Both the position numbers and the translations under genes were made by a program. Positions 40,767 to 50,351 of a stretch of DNA of 64,000 bases are shown here, in pieces (within the stretch, counting starts at the first letter, position 1; each line of letters begins with the position of its first letter). This stretch comes from Caulobacter sp. (lineage in GTDB: Bacteria; Pseudomonadota; Alphaproteobacteria; Caulobacterales; Caulobacteraceae), in assembly GCA_028291265.1 (NCBI GenBank), contig JAQGIK010000064.1, positions 6,082-70,081 on the forward strand, given 5' to 3'. A model generated the notes under the pieces. The model saw nothing but the letters and a program-made list of their open reading frames with translations, searched no databases and was not told where the DNA came from.

Positions 40767-41905
40767 TCGACCGCCGCTTGGCGCTGGGTGGATTGGGCGG
40801 GCTGGCGGCGATGGCCGCCACCCCAGCCCTGGCCGTCGACCCCAAACGACGGCCGCCGCCCAAGCCGCCACAGCCCCAGCCGCTGCCGCTGGGCGTCACC
40901 CGCGGCCTGCCCTGGACCAGCGTCCAGATTGGCGACGCCGCGGCCAGGCCCTTCGGCCTGAACCTCGCCAACCACGAATGGTACGCCCACCCCTCGGTCT
41001 TCGATCCGGCCTACAAACCCGGCGCCGCCGACGCCGAGCGCAAGCTCAAGCTCGACCGCGTGCTGATCGGCGGCCGGCTGATCGACGCCGACGTCACCTG
41101 CTGGAGTTGGCCGCAGGCCTTCGAGGGCCAGCCCGTCGCCGGCTGGATCGGCCTGGAGCGCTACGATCCCCTGCTGCTCGACTGGGACCGCCGGGTGATG
41201 ACCGTCAACGCCATGCCGCCGGAAGGCTGGCCGACCCTGCCGTTCAACCGGCAGGTCGACACCCACAGCGTCATCGACGTCACCCTCGACGGCGCCCCCT
41301 GCCGCCTGGCGCTCGGCTCCTTCTACAGCTGGGGCCTCGAGCTGTCGGAGGACTATGTCCAGGCCCGCGGCCTCTGGGACCGCTATCCGCGCCGCCGCGA
41401 CAACCACGACGCCGACGGCCGGCTGACCCACCAAAGCGTGGTCATGGAGCGGCTGGACATCGCCGGCCTGACCTTCGATGCGCCCGTCGCCCGGCTGAAC
41501 GCCGGCAAGCCGACGCCGAGGCTCGGCGGCTACAGGTCCGACGGCGTTATCGGCTACGACCTGCTGCGCCGCTTCAACCTGCACGTCGACCATCGTAAGA
41601 CCGGGACGCGCGGCATCGCCGTCGCCTACAGCCGCCAGAAGGACGACCCCTGGGCCGACGACCGGGCCGGCATCGCCTTTAAGGCCTATGGCAACGAACT
41701 GCAGGTCGGCCGCCTTGACGAGACCGGCCCGGCTTTCCAATCCGGGGTACGGTTGGGCGACATCGTCATCGACGCCGAGGTCGAGGGGGGCGCCGAAGGG
41801 CTCGCCTACGCCCTGACCCGCCCCGCAGGAACGCAGGTTCCGCTCGACATCCTGCGCGGCGAGAAGCGGCTGCGGATCGTCGTCACCCTCAAGGACCGGC
41901 TCTAG
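40763..41905 (+). CDS. Tat-signal protein with retropepsin-like repeats (no DTG motif) and C-terminal PDZ
   Basis: DRRLAL signal; GWIG/DGVIGYDLLRRF...D pattern; PAFQSGVRLGDIVIDAE PDZ-like region. GTGA overlap with DUF885. Confidence 0.6.
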   Translation: MIDRRLALGGLGGLAAMAATPALAVDPKRRPPPKPPQPQPLPLGVTRGLPWTSVQIGDAAARPFGLNLANHEWYAHPSVFDPAYKPGAADAERKLKLDRVLIGGRLIDADVTCWSWPQAFEGQPVAGWIGLERYDPLLLDWDRRVMTVNAMPPEGWPTLPFNRQVDTHSVIDVTLDGAPCRLALGSFYSWGLELSEDYVQARGLWDRYPRRRDNHDADGRLTHQSVVMERLDIAGLTFDAPVARLNAGKPTPRLGGYRSDGVIGYDLLRRFNLHVDHRKTGTRGIAVAYSRQKDDPWADDRAGIAFKAYGNELQVGRLDETGPAFQSGVRLGDIVIDAEVEGGAEGLAYALTRPAGTQVPLDILRGEKRLRIVVTLKDRL

Positions 41906-42082
41906 ATTTCTCCAGGGTGGATTGAGGGTGGTTGATCGACGCGCGCCGGTAGGCGGAAACAGGCCTTCAAGCCGACAAGCGGTTGGTATCATGGTGTTGA
42001 AATTCAAAGAGAAATAGTCCGGGCGGCCGTCGAATTCCTGCTATAATGGTTCCGCTTCGACAAGCCACCCGGACCGCAGCGC

Positions 42083-43243
42083 CTAGACCGCTTCCAGCAC
42101 CGTCGCCACGCCCTGCCCGCCGCCGATGCACTGGGTGGAGAGGGCGAACCTGCCGCCCTGCCGCTTCATGATCTGCGCCGCCTTGGCGGTGATGCGGGCC
42201 CCGGTGGCGCCCAGCGGGTGGCCGATGGCGATGCCGCCGCCGTCGATGTTGACCCGCGCCTCGTCCATGCCCAGCTCGCGGATACAGGCCACCGCCTGGC
42301 TGCCGAAAGCCTCGTTGATCTCGATGACGTCGATGTCGTCGATGGTCAGGCCGGCCCGGGCCAGCGCCTTGCGGGTGGCCGGCACGGGGCCGATGCCCAT
42401 CAGTTCGGGCGGACAGCCGGCGGCCGAGACCGAGCGGATGGCGGCCAGGACCTCGAGGTTGTTCCTCAAAGCGTATTCCTCGCTGACCACCAGCACCGCC
42501 GAGGCGCCGTCGGTCAGCGGCGAGGCCGTGCCGGCGGTGACCGAGCCGTCGGGCCGGAAGGCGGGCTTCAGACCCGCCAGCCCTTCCAGGGTCGTGCCGG
42601 GGCGCAGGCAGCCGTCGGCAGCGATCACCGTGCCGTCGGCCAGGACGATGGGGACGATCTCGTCTTTCAGGCGGCCCGCCGACTGGGCGGCGAACGCCTT
42701 CTGTTGCGAGGCGAACGCCAGCTTCTCCTGGTCCTCGCGGGAGACATGGTAGAGGGCGGCCACGTTCTCGGCCGTCTCGCCCATGGTGATGTAGGCCTCG
42801 ATGCCGATCTCTTCGCTGTCCGGGCTGACGCCCTTGAACTTCGGATTGGGCGAGAAGTTGAAACCGCCCTGCGGCACCATGGTCATCGACTCGACGCCGC
42901 CCACGAGAAAGGCCTCGCCGGCCCCCAGCGCGATCTGGCCGGCGGCGATGTGGATGGCCGACATCGACGAGCCGCAGAAGCGGTTGACCGTCATGCCGGG
43001 GACCTCGACGGGCAGACCGGCCAGAAGGCTGGCCAGCCGGGCGATGTTGTTGCCCTGGGCCGCTTCCGGATAGGCGCAGCCGAGCAGCACATCGTCCAAG
43101 GTCGCCGGATCGATGCCGCTGCGCTCCACCACCGCCTTCAGGGCGGCGGCGGCCAGGTCGTCGGGCCGCACCCCGGCCAGCGCCCCCTTGCGGGCAAAGT
43201 GGAACGGGGTGCGGGCGTACGCAGCGAGGACGGCGCGGGTCAT
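42083..43243 (-). CDS. Thiolase (acetyl-CoA C-acyltransferase)
   Basis: NRFCGSS, NEAF, GHPLGATG, CIGGGQG. Confidence 0.96.
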   Translation of the reverse strand: MTRAVLAAYARTPFHFARKGALAGVRPDDLAAAALKAVVERSGIDPATLDDVLLGCAYPEAAQGNNIARLASLLAGLPVEVPGMTVNRFCGSSMSAIHIAAGQIALGAGEAFLVGGVESMTMVPQGGFNFSPNPKFKGVSPDSEEIGIEAYITMGETAENVAALYHVSREDQEKLAFASQQKAFAAQSAGRLKDEIVPIVLADGTVIAADGCLRPGTTLEGLAGLKPAFRPDGSVTAGTASPLTDGASAVLVVSEEYALRNNLEVLAAIRSVSAAGCPPELMGIGPVPATRKALARAGLTIDDIDVIEINEAFGSQAVACIRELGMDEARVNIDGGGIAIGHPLGATGARITAKAAQIMKRQGGRFALSTQCIGGGQGVATVLEAV

Positions 43244-43255
43244 GGGGTTTGCTCC

Positions 43256-44053
43256 TTAGGCGGCCACGGCCGGGCGGACGCCGTAGCGTTCCGCCGACTG
43301 GTCGCGGGACAGGTTGGGGCCAAGGTTCAGGCGGGCGGCTTCCAGCGCCTGCCAGTCGGCGGCGTCGGGCAGGGCGGGGATGGTCACCGTCTCGCCCTGG
43401 GCCAGACCGGCGAGGGCCGCATCGACCATGTCCTCGACGCCCATGACCATGCCGGCCGGCAGGCTGTCGACGTCGACGCCGCTCTTGGCCCAGATGTCGG
43501 TGCGGGTGGCGCCGGGCAGCACGGCCTGGACGCGGACGCCCTTGTCCTTGAGCTGGGCGGCCAGCGCCTGTGTCAGCGCCAGCACATAGGCTTTGCTGGC
43601 CAGGTAGGTGGGCTCGAACCGTTCGGGCAGCAGGGCGGTGACCGAACCGATGTTGATGATGGTCCCGTGGCCCTTGGCGGTGAACGCCGCCGCGGCGGCG
43701 GCCGACAGCCGGGTCAGGGCGGTGATGTTGAGGTCGATCAGGTCCTCGATCCGTTCGGGATCGTGGGTCTCGAAGGAGCCGCCGATGGAGATGCCGGCGT
43801 TGTTGATGATGCCGTCGATGTCATGGTCATTGTGGATCCGCCGCTCGACCGCATGCAGGTCGGCTGGCGAGCCGAGGTCGGCCGGGAAGACCTGGACGGT
43901 CGTCCCGTCCCGGGCGCTCAGCCTGTCGGCCAAGGCCTCGAGCTTCTTCAGGTCGCGGGCGACCAGGACGAGGTCATGGCCGGCGGCGCTCAGCCGGTCG
44001 GCATAGGTGGCGCCGATGCCCGCAGAGGCGCCGGTGATCAGGGTCTTCGTCAT
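43256..44053 (-). CDS. Short-chain dehydrogenase/reductase
   Basis: Start MTKTLITGASAGIG after GGAGA; NNAG; YLASK. Confidence 0.93.
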   Translation of the reverse strand: MTKTLITGASAGIGATYADRLSAAGHDLVLVARDLKKLEALADRLSARDGTTVQVFPADLGSPADLHAVERRIHNDHDIDGIINNAGISIGGSFETHDPERIEDLIDLNITALTRLSAAAAAAFTAKGHGTIINIGSVTALLPERFEPTYLASKAYVLALTQALAAQLKDKGVRVQAVLPGATRTDIWAKSGVDVDSLPAGMVMGVEDMVDAALAGLAQGETVTIPALPDAADWQALEAARLNLGPNLSRDQSAERYGVRPAVAA

Positions 44054-44137
44054 AGTCAGTCTCCTTTGAAAACTGATATGGGAATACCTTGCCCCGGCGA
44101 AAGGGGCGAGGCGATCAGACAGGCGGATTTCCGTCTC

Positions 44138-44149
44138 ATATCTTCGTAT
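44138..44149. promoter_or_regulatory. Candidate ATAC-N4-GTAT regulator box 1
   Basis: ATAT-CTTC-GTAT in the divergent SDR/response-regulator gap. Confidence 0.45.
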
Positions 44150-44208
44150 GGTGGGCCTCCCCGCCTGGGTGTGGCATTCTGCCCATATCGGCCGCTTCCG
44201 AGCCCCCA

Positions 44209-44826
44209 ATGCCCCAGGCTATCGTCCATATTGTCGATGACGACGCCTCCCTCGCGGACTCGCTGGGCAGCCTGTTCCGTTCGGTCGGCCTGCAGAGCCG
44301 CACCTACGGCTCGACCGCCGCCTTCCTCGAAGCCGACCTCCCCGATATCCCGGGTTGCCTGGTCCTCGATGTCCGCCTGCCCGGCGTCAGCGGCCTCGAC
44401 TTCCAGGGCCAGCTTGTCGGCCTTGGCATCCGCCTCCCCGTCGTCCTGATGACCGGCCACGGCGACATCCCGATGAGCGTGCGCGGCATGAAGGCCGGCG
44501 CCGTCGACTTCCTGCCCAAGCCCTTCCGCGACCAGGACATGCTCGACGCCGTCGCCGCCGGCATCGCCCGCGACGGCCAGCGACGCGCCGTCGAGGGCGA
44601 CCTGAACCGGGTCAAGGACCTCTTCGCGACCCTCTCCCCGCGCGAGCGGCAGGTCATGGGCCTGGTCACCGCCGGCAAGCTGAACAAACAGGTGGCCGGC
44701 GACCTCAACCTCTCGGAGATCACCGTGAAGATCCACCGCGGCTCGGCCATGCGGAAGATGCAGGCCCGCTCCCTGGCCGACTTGGTGCGGATGGCGGAAA
44801 CGCTGGGCCTGCGTCAAACCGCCTGA
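44209..44826 (+). CDS. FixJ/NodW-family response regulator (REC + LuxR HTH)
   Basis: IVDDD, LDVRLPG, KP, then LSPRERQV...NKQVA...TVKIHRG. Confidence 0.95.
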   Translation: MPQAIVHIVDDDASLADSLGSLFRSVGLQSRTYGSTAAFLEADLPDIPGCLVLDVRLPGVSGLDFQGQLVGLGIRLPVVLMTGHGDIPMSVRGMKAGAVDFLPKPFRDQDMLDAVAAGIARDGQRRAVEGDLNRVKDLFATLSPRERQVMGLVTAGKLNKQVAGDLNLSEITVKIHRGSAMRKMQARSLADLVRMAETLGLRQTA

Positions 44827-44837
44827 CACCTAGGTAT
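44826..44837. promoter_or_regulatory. Candidate ATAC-N4-GTAT regulator box 2
   Basis: ACAC-CTAG-GTAT immediately after the regulator stop, upstream of the second receiver gene. Confidence 0.45.
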
Positions 44838-44924
44838 AATTTCTGACGGCCGCGCCAGATGCGACAACCCACTGGCAGGGAAAGCAAAAGGCGTCTTCGC
44901 ACGCCGTCGCAAAGGCCAATTTGA

Positions 44925-45290
44925 GTGACCCCACCGCTTATCGCCATCGTCGAGGACGACGACTCCCTGCGCGAGTCCCTGGTCGGCCTCGTCCGCTCCC
45001 TCGGCTACCGCGCCAGCAGCTTCGCCTCCGCCGACCTCTTCCTGGCGGCCGGCGAGGAAGCCGCCTGCGACTGCATCATCACCGACATCCAGATGCCGGG
45101 GACCAGCGGCATCGACCTCAAGCTCAAGCTGACCGCCGCCGGCTGCACCGCCCCGGTCATCATGATCACCGCCCGCACCGAGGCCGCCCTGCACGACCGC
45201 GCCCGGGCCAGCGGCGCGGTCTGCCTGCTGCAGAAGCCGTTCGCTGTCGAGGCCCTGGTCTCATGCCTGGAGACGGCGCTGGCCGCCTAG
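44925..45290 (+). CDS. Single-domain response regulator
   Basis: IVEDD, TDIQMPG, ITA, KPF; GTG start. Confidence 0.92.
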   Translation: MTPPLIAIVEDDDSLRESLVGLVRSLGYRASSFASADLFLAAGEEAACDCIITDIQMPGTSGIDLKLKLTAAGCTAPVIMITARTEAALHDRARASGAVCLLQKPFAVEALVSCLETALAA

Positions 45291-45318
45291 GCTAGCGTTC
45301 GCGCGAAGGGGAGGGGCG

Positions 45319-46530
45319 ATGGCGGACACCGAAGATCTGGTCGAGGCGCTCAAGCGCAGCGAGCACCGCTACCGCAACATCTTCCAGGCCATGTCGGTGG
45401 CCTTCTGGGAGCTCGACTTCTTTCCGGTGGGCGACATGCTGCGGGGCCTGCGCAAGCAAGGGGTGACCGACTTCGCCGCCCACTTCCGGGCCCACCCCGA
45501 GTTCGTCCGGGCGATGATGGACGCCACCCGCATCATCGACGCCAACGACCGCACCGTCGCCCTGCACGGTCCCGGCGACAAGGCGGCCCTCATGGCCGCC
45601 GGCCTCGGCGCCTACTGGCCGGCCGCCAGCAGCCACGTCTATGCCGAGGCCGTCATCGCCGCCGTCACCGGCGCGCCGCACTACGTCACCGAGACCCGCG
45701 TCCAGACCCTGCACGGCGTCGAGTTCGACGCCCTGTTCACCGCCGTCTTCCCGCCCGACACCATGAACAAGGGCACCCTGCTGATCGGGGTGGTCGACAT
45801 CACCGAGCGCAAGCGGGCCGAGGCCCTGCTGGCCCAGGTCCAGGCCGAGTTCGCCCATGCGGCCCGCATCTCCATGCTGGGCGAACTGACCGCCTCCATC
45901 GCCCATGAGATCAACCAGCCGCTGGCCGCCATCGCCGCCAGCGCCGCCGCCGGCCAGCGCTGGCTGGACCGGGAAGAGCCCGACCTCGAGGAGGTGAAGA
46001 CCCTCGTCGCCCGCATCGCCCGCGACGCCGACCGCGCCGCCCGCACCATCGGCCGGGTCCGCGACATGGCCATGCGCCGCGCGCCCGAGCCCTCGCCACT
46101 GTCGCTGAACGGTCTGGTCGAGGAGGCCATGGTCTTCCTGCGCCACGAGATCCAGAGCCACGAGGTCACCCTGACCCTCGACCTCGCCAGGGGCCTGCCG
46201 CCGGTAATGGCCGACCGTACCCAGCTGCAGCAGGTGGTCGTCAACCTGGCCGTCAACGCCCTGCAGGCCATGGGCCAGGGCGGCAGGCTGGTGCTGGCCA
46301 CCGATCTCACCGACCACGGCATTCGCCTCACGGTCAGCGACACCGGCCCCGGCATCGCCCCGGACGACCTCGGCAAGCTGTTCGCCAGCTTCTACACCAC
46401 CAAGGACGGCGGCATGGGTATGGGCCTGCCCATCTGCCAGACCATCGTCGAAAGCTACGGCGGGACCATCAAGGCGGCGAACGGCGAGACTGGGGCGGTA
46501 TTTACGGTGACGTTGCCCACCTCCCCTTGA
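45319..46530 (+). CDS. PAS sensor histidine kinase (NodV-like, cytoplasmic)
   Basis: AHEINQPL H-box, NLAVNA, DTGPG, FYTTKDGGMGMGL; no TM segment. Confidence 0.94.
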   Translation: MADTEDLVEALKRSEHRYRNIFQAMSVAFWELDFFPVGDMLRGLRKQGVTDFAAHFRAHPEFVRAMMDATRIIDANDRTVALHGPGDKAALMAAGLGAYWPAASSHVYAEAVIAAVTGAPHYVTETRVQTLHGVEFDALFTAVFPPDTMNKGTLLIGVVDITERKRAEALLAQVQAEFAHAARISMLGELTASIAHEINQPLAAIAASAAAGQRWLDREEPDLEEVKTLVARIARDADRAARTIGRVRDMAMRRAPEPSPLSLNGLVEEAMVFLRHEIQSHEVTLTLDLARGLPPVMADRTQLQQVVVNLAVNALQAMGQGGRLVLATDLTDHGIRLTVSDTGPGIAPDDLGKLFASFYTTKDGGMGMGLPICQTIVESYGGTIKAANGETGAVFTVTLPTSP

Positions 46531-46531
46531 T

Positions 46532-46563
46532 CCGCTCATCCCGGCGAATGCCGGGATGAGCGG
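46532..46563. repeat. REP-like perfect hairpin (14-bp stem, GAAT loop); possible terminator
   Basis: CCGCTCATCCCGGC-GAAT-GCCGGGATGAGCGG right after the kinase stop; the same unit forms both arms at 50774-50900. Confidence 0.85.
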
Positions 46564-46597
46564 CAGTTGTGGGGACAAATGACCGGTTGCCCAGCCC

Positions 46598-46609
46598 ATA
46601 CGAAGGTGT
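46598..46609. promoter_or_regulatory. Candidate ATAC-N4-GTAT regulator box 3
   Basis: ATAC-GAAG-GTGT about 100 bp upstream of the hydrolase cluster. Confidence 0.45.
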
Positions 46610-46710
46610 GAGGCATCGAGCCGCACGTAGAATATCGCCGCTACACCAACCGGCGCATCGTCAATCCCAGGACATCACGGCGCTAGAGGCGCCCAACGGG
46701 AGAGACGACC

Positions 46711-47520
46711 ATGACCAAGACCATCATGCTGATCCACGGCGCCTGGCTGACCCCGGCCTCCTGGGACCGCTTCCGTGGCCGCTACGAAGCCAGGGGCTAC
46801 ACCGTCGTCACCCCCGCCTGGCCGACCCACGAAGGCACGCCGGCCCAGATGCGTGCCAACCCGCCGGCCGCCATGGGCAAGCTCGGCGTCAAGGACATCG
46901 TCGACCACTACGAGCGCGAAATCCGCAAGCTGTCGGAAGCGCCGATCCTGATGGGCCACAGCTTCGGCGGCCTGTTCGTCCAGCTGCTGCTCGACCGGGG
47001 CCTCGGCGCCGTCGGCGTCGCCATCGACCCCGGCGCGCCGTTCGGCGTGCTGGTCCATCCGACCGCCGTCATCACCAGCCTGCCGGTGTTCACCACCTGG
47101 AATGCCTGGAACAAGGCGCTGCCCTTCACCCGCAAGAGCTTCGCCGCCGGCTTCGCCAACACCCTGCCGCAGGGCCAGCTGGCCGCCGAATACGACGCCC
47201 AGATCGTCCCCTCGCCGGGCCGCATCTTCTACGACGTGGTGCTCGGCCGCGGCGCCCGGGTGAACTGGAAGAACCCCACGCGCGCCCCGCTGCTGCTGAT
47301 CGCCGCCGAGCACGACCGCACCGTGCCGACCCCGATGGTCAAACAGAACTACGCCAAGCAGAAGCGCGCGCCCAGCACGACCGCTTTCCACGAGTTCTAC
47401 GGACGCAGCCACTACCTCTGCAACGAGAGCGGCTGGGAAGACGTCGCCGACTACTGCCTCGACTGGGCCGTGGCGCAGCTGCCGGCGCAAGCCACACCCA
47501 AGCTCGCCGCCGTCGCCTAG
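46711..47520 (+). CDS. Alpha/beta hydrolase
   Basis: IHGAW oxyanion motif, GHSFGG nucleophile elbow. Confidence 0.92.
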   Translation: MTKTIMLIHGAWLTPASWDRFRGRYEARGYTVVTPAWPTHEGTPAQMRANPPAAMGKLGVKDIVDHYEREIRKLSEAPILMGHSFGGLFVQLLLDRGLGAVGVAIDPGAPFGVLVHPTAVITSLPVFTTWNAWNKALPFTRKSFAAGFANTLPQGQLAAEYDAQIVPSPGRIFYDVVLGRGARVNWKNPTRAPLLLIAAEHDRTVPTPMVKQNYAKQKRAPSTTAFHEFYGRSHYLCNESGWEDVADYCLDWAVAQLPAQATPKLAAVA

Positions 47521-47544
47521 ATCCCTGAGCCGAGGAGAACGACC

Positions 47545-48366
47545 ATGCCTTTCATCACCGCCAGGGACGGCGCGAAGATATTCTACAAGGACTGGGGCAG
47601 GGGCCAGCCGGTCCTCTTCTCCCATGGCTGGCCGCTGAGTTCGGACGCCTGGGACGGTCAGATGACCTTCCTCGGCCAGCAGGGCTACCGCGTCATCGCC
47701 CACGACCGCCGCAGCCACGGCCGTTCCGACCAGACCTGGGACGGCAACGAGATGGATACCTACGCCGACGATCTCGGCGCCCTGATCGAGACCCTCGACC
47801 TCAAGGACGTCGTCCTCGTCGGCCACTCGACCGGCGGCGGCGAGATCACCCACTACGTCGGCCGCCACGGGACCAAACGGGTCGCCAAGGTGGTGCTGAT
47901 CGGGGCGGTGCCGCCACTGATGGTCAAGACGGCGGCCAACCCCGGCGGCCTGCCGCTGGCGGTCTTCGACGGCATCCGCAAGGGCACGTTCGACAACCGC
48001 AGCCAGTTCTACAAGGACCTGGCCATCCCCTTCTACGGCTACAACCGCGACGGCGCGGCGCTGTCCGAGGGCGTCCGCGACAGCTTCTGGCTGCAGGGCA
48101 TGGCGGGCGGCCTCAAGGGCCAGCTCGACTGCATCCACGAGTTCTCGGAGGTCGACTACACCGACGACCTCAGGAAGATCGACAGGCCGACCCTGATCCT
48201 GCACGGCGACGACGACCAGATTGTCCCCATCGGCGCCTCGGCGATGATGTCCTCGAGGATCGTCAAGGGCGCGACCCTGAAGATCTACAAGGGCGCCCCG
48301 CACGGCTTTCCGACCACCCACCAGGACGAGGTCAACGCCGACCTCCTGGCCTTCATCCGAGGCTGA
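47545..48366 (+). CDS. cpo: Non-heme chloroperoxidase / arylesterase (alpha/beta hydrolase)
   Basis: [36 protein letters not shown]. Confidence 0.9.
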   Translation: MPFITARDGAKIFYKDWGRGQPVLFSHGWPLSSDAWDGQMTFLGQQGYRVIAHDRRSHGRSDQTWDGNEMDTYADDLGALIETLDLKDVVLVGHSTGGGEITHYVGRHGTKRVAKVVLIGAVPPLMVKTAANPGGLPLAVFDGIRKGTFDNRSQFYKDLAIPFYGYNRDGAALSEGVRDSFWLQGMAGGLKGQLDCIHEFSEVDYTDDLRKIDRPTLILHGDDDQIVPIGASAMMSSRIVKGATLKIYKGAPHGFPTTHQDEVNADLLAFIRG

Positions 48367-48389
48367 CGCCCCCCCCCGCAGCCCGGACA

Positions 48390-48428
48390 GGCCCGCGCCG
48401 CTTCCTCCCCCCTTGAGGCGGCGCGGGC
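48390..48428. terminator. GC-rich stem-loop between cpo and the next hydrolase
   Basis: GGCCCGCGCCGC / GCGGCGCGGGCC 12-bp stem with only a weak U-tail. Confidence 0.35.
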
Positions 48429-48450
48429 CGCCCCTTTCTCAGAGGCCGCC

Positions 48451-49236
48451 ATGAGCAAGACCCCCCAGAGCAAAACGATCGTCCTGATCCACGGCGCCTG
48501 GGTGACCCCGGCCAGCTGGGCCGACTTCCGCCAGCCCTTCGAGGCGGCCGGTTACACCGTCCACACCCCGACCTGGCCGCTCCTCGACGGCTTCACCCCG
48601 GCCGAGATCAACGCCAATCCCCCGGCCGGCTTCGGCGCCCTCACCGTCGGCAAGATCGTCGATCACCTGCAGCGGTTCATCGAGGCCCTTCCCGAACAAC
48701 CGATCCTGATCGGCCACAGCTTCGGCGGTCTCTATACCCAGATGCTTCTGGACCGGGGCGTCGGCGTCGCCGGCGTGGCGCTCAACCCGGTGCTGATCGG
48801 CGGCATCGTTCCCGGGCCGGTGACCCTGACCGCCGCCCTGCCGATCCTCGCCCGCCCGAACGGCTGGAACCGGCCCTACGCCTTCACCCGCGACCGCTGG
48901 TTCCGCCGCTTCGCCAACGCCGCCTCGAAAGCCCTCTCCGACGAGGCCTACGACGCTTACGTCATCCCCGCCCCGGGCCGCATCTTCTACCAGGCGGCCA
49001 GCTGGATCGGGACCTTCGTCGATCCCCGCCGCCGCACCGCGCCGCTGCTGATCACCGAAGGCTCGGCCGACCGCCTGGTGACGCCCTACCTGTCCCGCGC
49101 GGCCTTCAACATCCAGAAAGGCTCACCCGCCAGGACCGACTACGCGGCGTTCCCGGGGATGAGCCATTTCCTGATCGCCGAGCCCGGCTGGGAGCGTGTC
49201 GCCGGGGCGGCGCTCGACTGGATCGAGAGCCTCTAG
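48451..49236 (+). CDS. Alpha/beta hydrolase (paralog of 46711-47520)
   Basis: IHGAWVTPASW, GHSFGG, PGRIFY shared with the first copy. Confidence 0.92.
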   Translation: MSKTPQSKTIVLIHGAWVTPASWADFRQPFEAAGYTVHTPTWPLLDGFTPAEINANPPAGFGALTVGKIVDHLQRFIEALPEQPILIGHSFGGLYTQMLLDRGVGVAGVALNPVLIGGIVPGPVTLTAALPILARPNGWNRPYAFTRDRWFRRFANAASKALSDEAYDAYVIPAPGRIFYQAASWIGTFVDPRRRTAPLLITEGSADRLVTPYLSRAAFNIQKGSPARTDYAAFPGMSHFLIAEPGWERVAGAALDWIESL

Positions 49237-50321
49237 GCGGCGACCGCCTTCTCCCGCGCCGGGGTGACCAGCCGCCAGGCCGAGCCCAGGATATTGCCGA
49301 CCGTCTCGATCATCATCCCGATGACGATCAGGGTCAGCAGGGTCGCCAGGCTGAAGTGCCCGTGCGCCATGCGCTGCGCGGCGTCGATCAGGGCCTGCAT
49401 GGAGTCCATGTGGATGACCGGCGACAGCGGCGAAGAGCTCCACAACCACAGCAGACCGCCCAGCCGCACCAGGGCCAGGGTCAACTGTCCCAGCGCCGTC
49501 ACCCGCCGCGCCGCCGGCCGCCAGGCCCGGAACAGCTCCAGGGCGATGCGGGCGGCCAGGTAGGCCAGGATCGGCCAGAAGCCGACCTCGACGATGCCGG
49601 TCAGGATGGCCCCGTAGTCGACGCCGTCCATCACCCAGTTCCCGGCCCCGGGGCGCAGGTCGGCGATCGGCAGCACGCCGGTCCACCACAGCAGGAGCAC
49701 GGTCAAACCCATGGCCGCCCCCAGCGCGTTCGCGGTCGGCGAACCCGATTTCCAGCCCATGACGACGTTGCCTTTCTTGCCGGTCTTGAACGAGCGCTCG
49801 ATGGCCTCGGTGTCGAAGGCGGCGAGCTCGAACAGGTGCAGGTCGCGGACCCGCCATTCGCGCAGGAACTTCGGCTTCTCCGGCTGCCGCTCCATGACGA
49901 AGCCGAGGATGGCCGCCAGCCCGACCAGGCTGAGGCCGCCCTGCACGAGGTTGCCGACCACCTTGCCGAGTAGCTGGCCAAAGCCGATCTCGCCGACCGC
50001 CAGCTGGATGAAGGCCCCGATCAGGGTGAGGCCGACCAGCGCCGCCAGCCCGATCTTCACCGCGAACAGGAAGTAGGGGTACAGCTCCGGCCCGATCAGA
50101 TGGTTGGCCCCGGTGTGATAGCGGCCGGCGACCGACAGCGGATGGCCGACCTCGCGCAGGATGGTTTCCTGCTCGGCCTCGGTCAGCGGCCGCCCGAGCA
50201 CCTCCTCCTTCGCCTCGAAGCGGTTGAGGATCATGTCCTTCAGTTCGGCGACGATGTCGTCGCGCACGTGCTTGGGCAGCTGCGCCGCCACGGCCTTCAG
50301 GTATTGGTCCAGCAGGGTCAT
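49233..50321 (-). CDS. Membrane protein with N-terminal HAAS-like helical domain (PadR partner)
   Basis: LLDQYLKAV...DDIVAEL...GHP N-terminus followed by about six TMs; downstream of PadR. Confidence 0.75.
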   Translation of the reverse strand: MTLLDQYLKAVAAQLPKHVRDDIVAELKDMILNRFEAKEEVLGRPLTEAEQETILREVGHPLSVAGRYHTGANHLIGPELYPYFLFAVKIGLAALVGLTLIGAFIQLAVGEIGFGQLLGKVVGNLVQGGLSLVGLAAILGFVMERQPEKPKFLREWRVRDLHLFELAAFDTEAIERSFKTGKKGNVVMGWKSGSPTANALGAAMGLTVLLLWWTGVLPIADLRPGAGNWVMDGVDYGAILTGIVEVGFWPILAYLAARIALELFRAWRPAARRVTALGQLTLALVRLGGLLWLWSSSPLSPVIHMDSMQALIDAAQRMAHGHFSLATLLTLIVIGMMIETVGNILGSAWRLVTPAREKAVAA

Positions 50322-50351
50322 TGCCCCCTCCTTGAAGAAATTCGTTGGGTT

